A stretch of DNA of 64,000 nucleotides from Bilabrum cf. latius (taxonomy: Eukaryota). The stretch spans positions 1,240,001 to 1,304,000 of the forward strand of contig OZ237736.1 of NCBI GenBank assembly GCA_965178125.1. Direction: 5' to 3'. The notes below the pieces were generated by a model. That model was not told the DNA's origin. It ran no database searches and was given only the letters and a program-made list of their open reading frames with translations. This document shows positions 62,901 to 64,000 of the stretch, piece by piece. Positions within the stretch are counted from its first letter, which is position 1, and the number at the start of each line of letters is the position of its first letter. A program made the translations under genes and the position numbers.

Positions 62901-64000
62901 TGATTCGCTAAAGTCACCTGGTGACAGTAGTCCGGATGCTAGCGCCTCCGCTTGCAAGTCACACTTCCGAATGGCATCAAGGGCTGCACTGCGCTGGTCA
63001 TTCAGCTGTTTTGCCTACTTTGCAGGCAGCGGAGTGAACCGGAACAGGGTTGCTCCTGTGGCGTGAATTATCGGGCTGTCGTGCGAACCCGAGCTGCCCA
63101 AGCCTTGCGCCCGCCAAAACTCGGGACGGAAGTCGACAGGATACCGTTTGTTCTCGATCCTACGAGCTCGGCGAATCTACTCTGCAGACATCTTCGCTGC
63201 CCTTTTACCCCTGCCTGATACTTTATCCTTGCCCTTGTCATCGCCCTCGCTTCCCTACGGCCCAGTGGAGCCCACTCCCGGTTGCTTTTCCCAATCTGCG
63301 CCCCCGAGAGCATACATGGCCCGCGCGAACCCGGCGTAGTACGAGAATTGCACATAGGCGTCTGCAAGCCAGATCTGCCCGGCCTCTAGCCGAGGCACCT
63401 CGTCGCTTGCCACTGAGTCGAAGCTGGACTCGGAGGAGGAGTCGTCCACGGCGGGCCCCTCTCCTCCCAGTGCCTCTTCCCCGCGTGGCGGGTCTGCACT
63501 GGAGTCCAGCATGGAGCTCTTGCCAGTGGCAGATCCCAGTCCTTCATCCTCTCGCCTACTTTGCCTCTCTCGCAAAGCTCTCCCAGCCCCTGATGATGCC
63601 CCTGCGGCATCCACGATATCGACCGAGCTGCGCCGCCCCCGCCGCACCGCCGCGCAGCCAGCAGTTGCAGCAGAGTTCCCAGCGGTCTGTGCTGCGCGGA
63701 ATGGCACCACATCAGCGTTGGAAACTCGACCAAACCGAGTAAAAAATGCCTTCATGATTCGAGCACAGCCCTTGATTTCGTCTTCGCTGAGCACGTCAGG
63801 CGTGCCAGCTTCCAAGCCCGTCGTGCTGGTTGGACGCCAACCGAGCGCTTCAAGAGGAATGCTCCGAAGCACGATGGTATCTGGGCGGGATCCCGAAGAG
63901 CCACCGATAAACGCACGATCCATGAGCTATGTCAGCCTGTCTTTGGCTTTCTTTGCGTACAGCGATTCGAGGTCTCCCGGACGTGCAGCCTTCCTGGCTT
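56985..64000 (-). CDS. Large protein (>2,300 aa) with an AKAP17A/XE7-like RRM region and long low-complexity extension; 5' end outside the window
   Basis: RPDTIVLRSIP..FFTRFGRVSNADV..ADAYVQFSYYAGFARAMYAL..QVEFDTTGH resemble AKAP17A. One frame runs from 64000 to 56985 with only TAG interruptions and ends in TAA. Confidence 0.65.

Overview
This is GC-rich, gene-dense eukaryotic nuclear DNA with short GT-AG spliceosomal introns and mostly 0.1-0.4 kb spacers. A mastigoneme-type EGF protein and the actin sequence suggest a stramenopile flagellate (inference). The key observation is a non-standard genetic code: TAG occurs in frame in most genes and falls on invariant glutamines (gamma-tubulin [23 protein letters not shown]...DVFFY*ADD). 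All 19 gene ends I could trace use TGA (15) or TAA (4), never TAG. UAG=Gln with UAA/UGA=stop is therefore the best reading, and it explains why the supplied standard-code ORF track is fragmented. Re-read this way, the window holds about 20 genes: mastigoneme-like EGF protein, ThrRS, Arf-like GTPase, PDK1, ABHD hydrolase, acyl-CoA synthetase, Qc-SNARE, thioredoxin/PDI, TRAPPC5, isoaspartyl peptidase, a ~4,280-aa proline-rich/WH2-like repeat protein, NEDD1, gamma-tubulin, beta-mannosidase, a second polyproline protein, dynein light chain, actin, CSN1, PLAA/Doa1 and an AKAP17A-like giant. There are also two inverted segmental duplications that left pseudogene fragments. All calls come from manual translation and motif recognition; no database searches were run.
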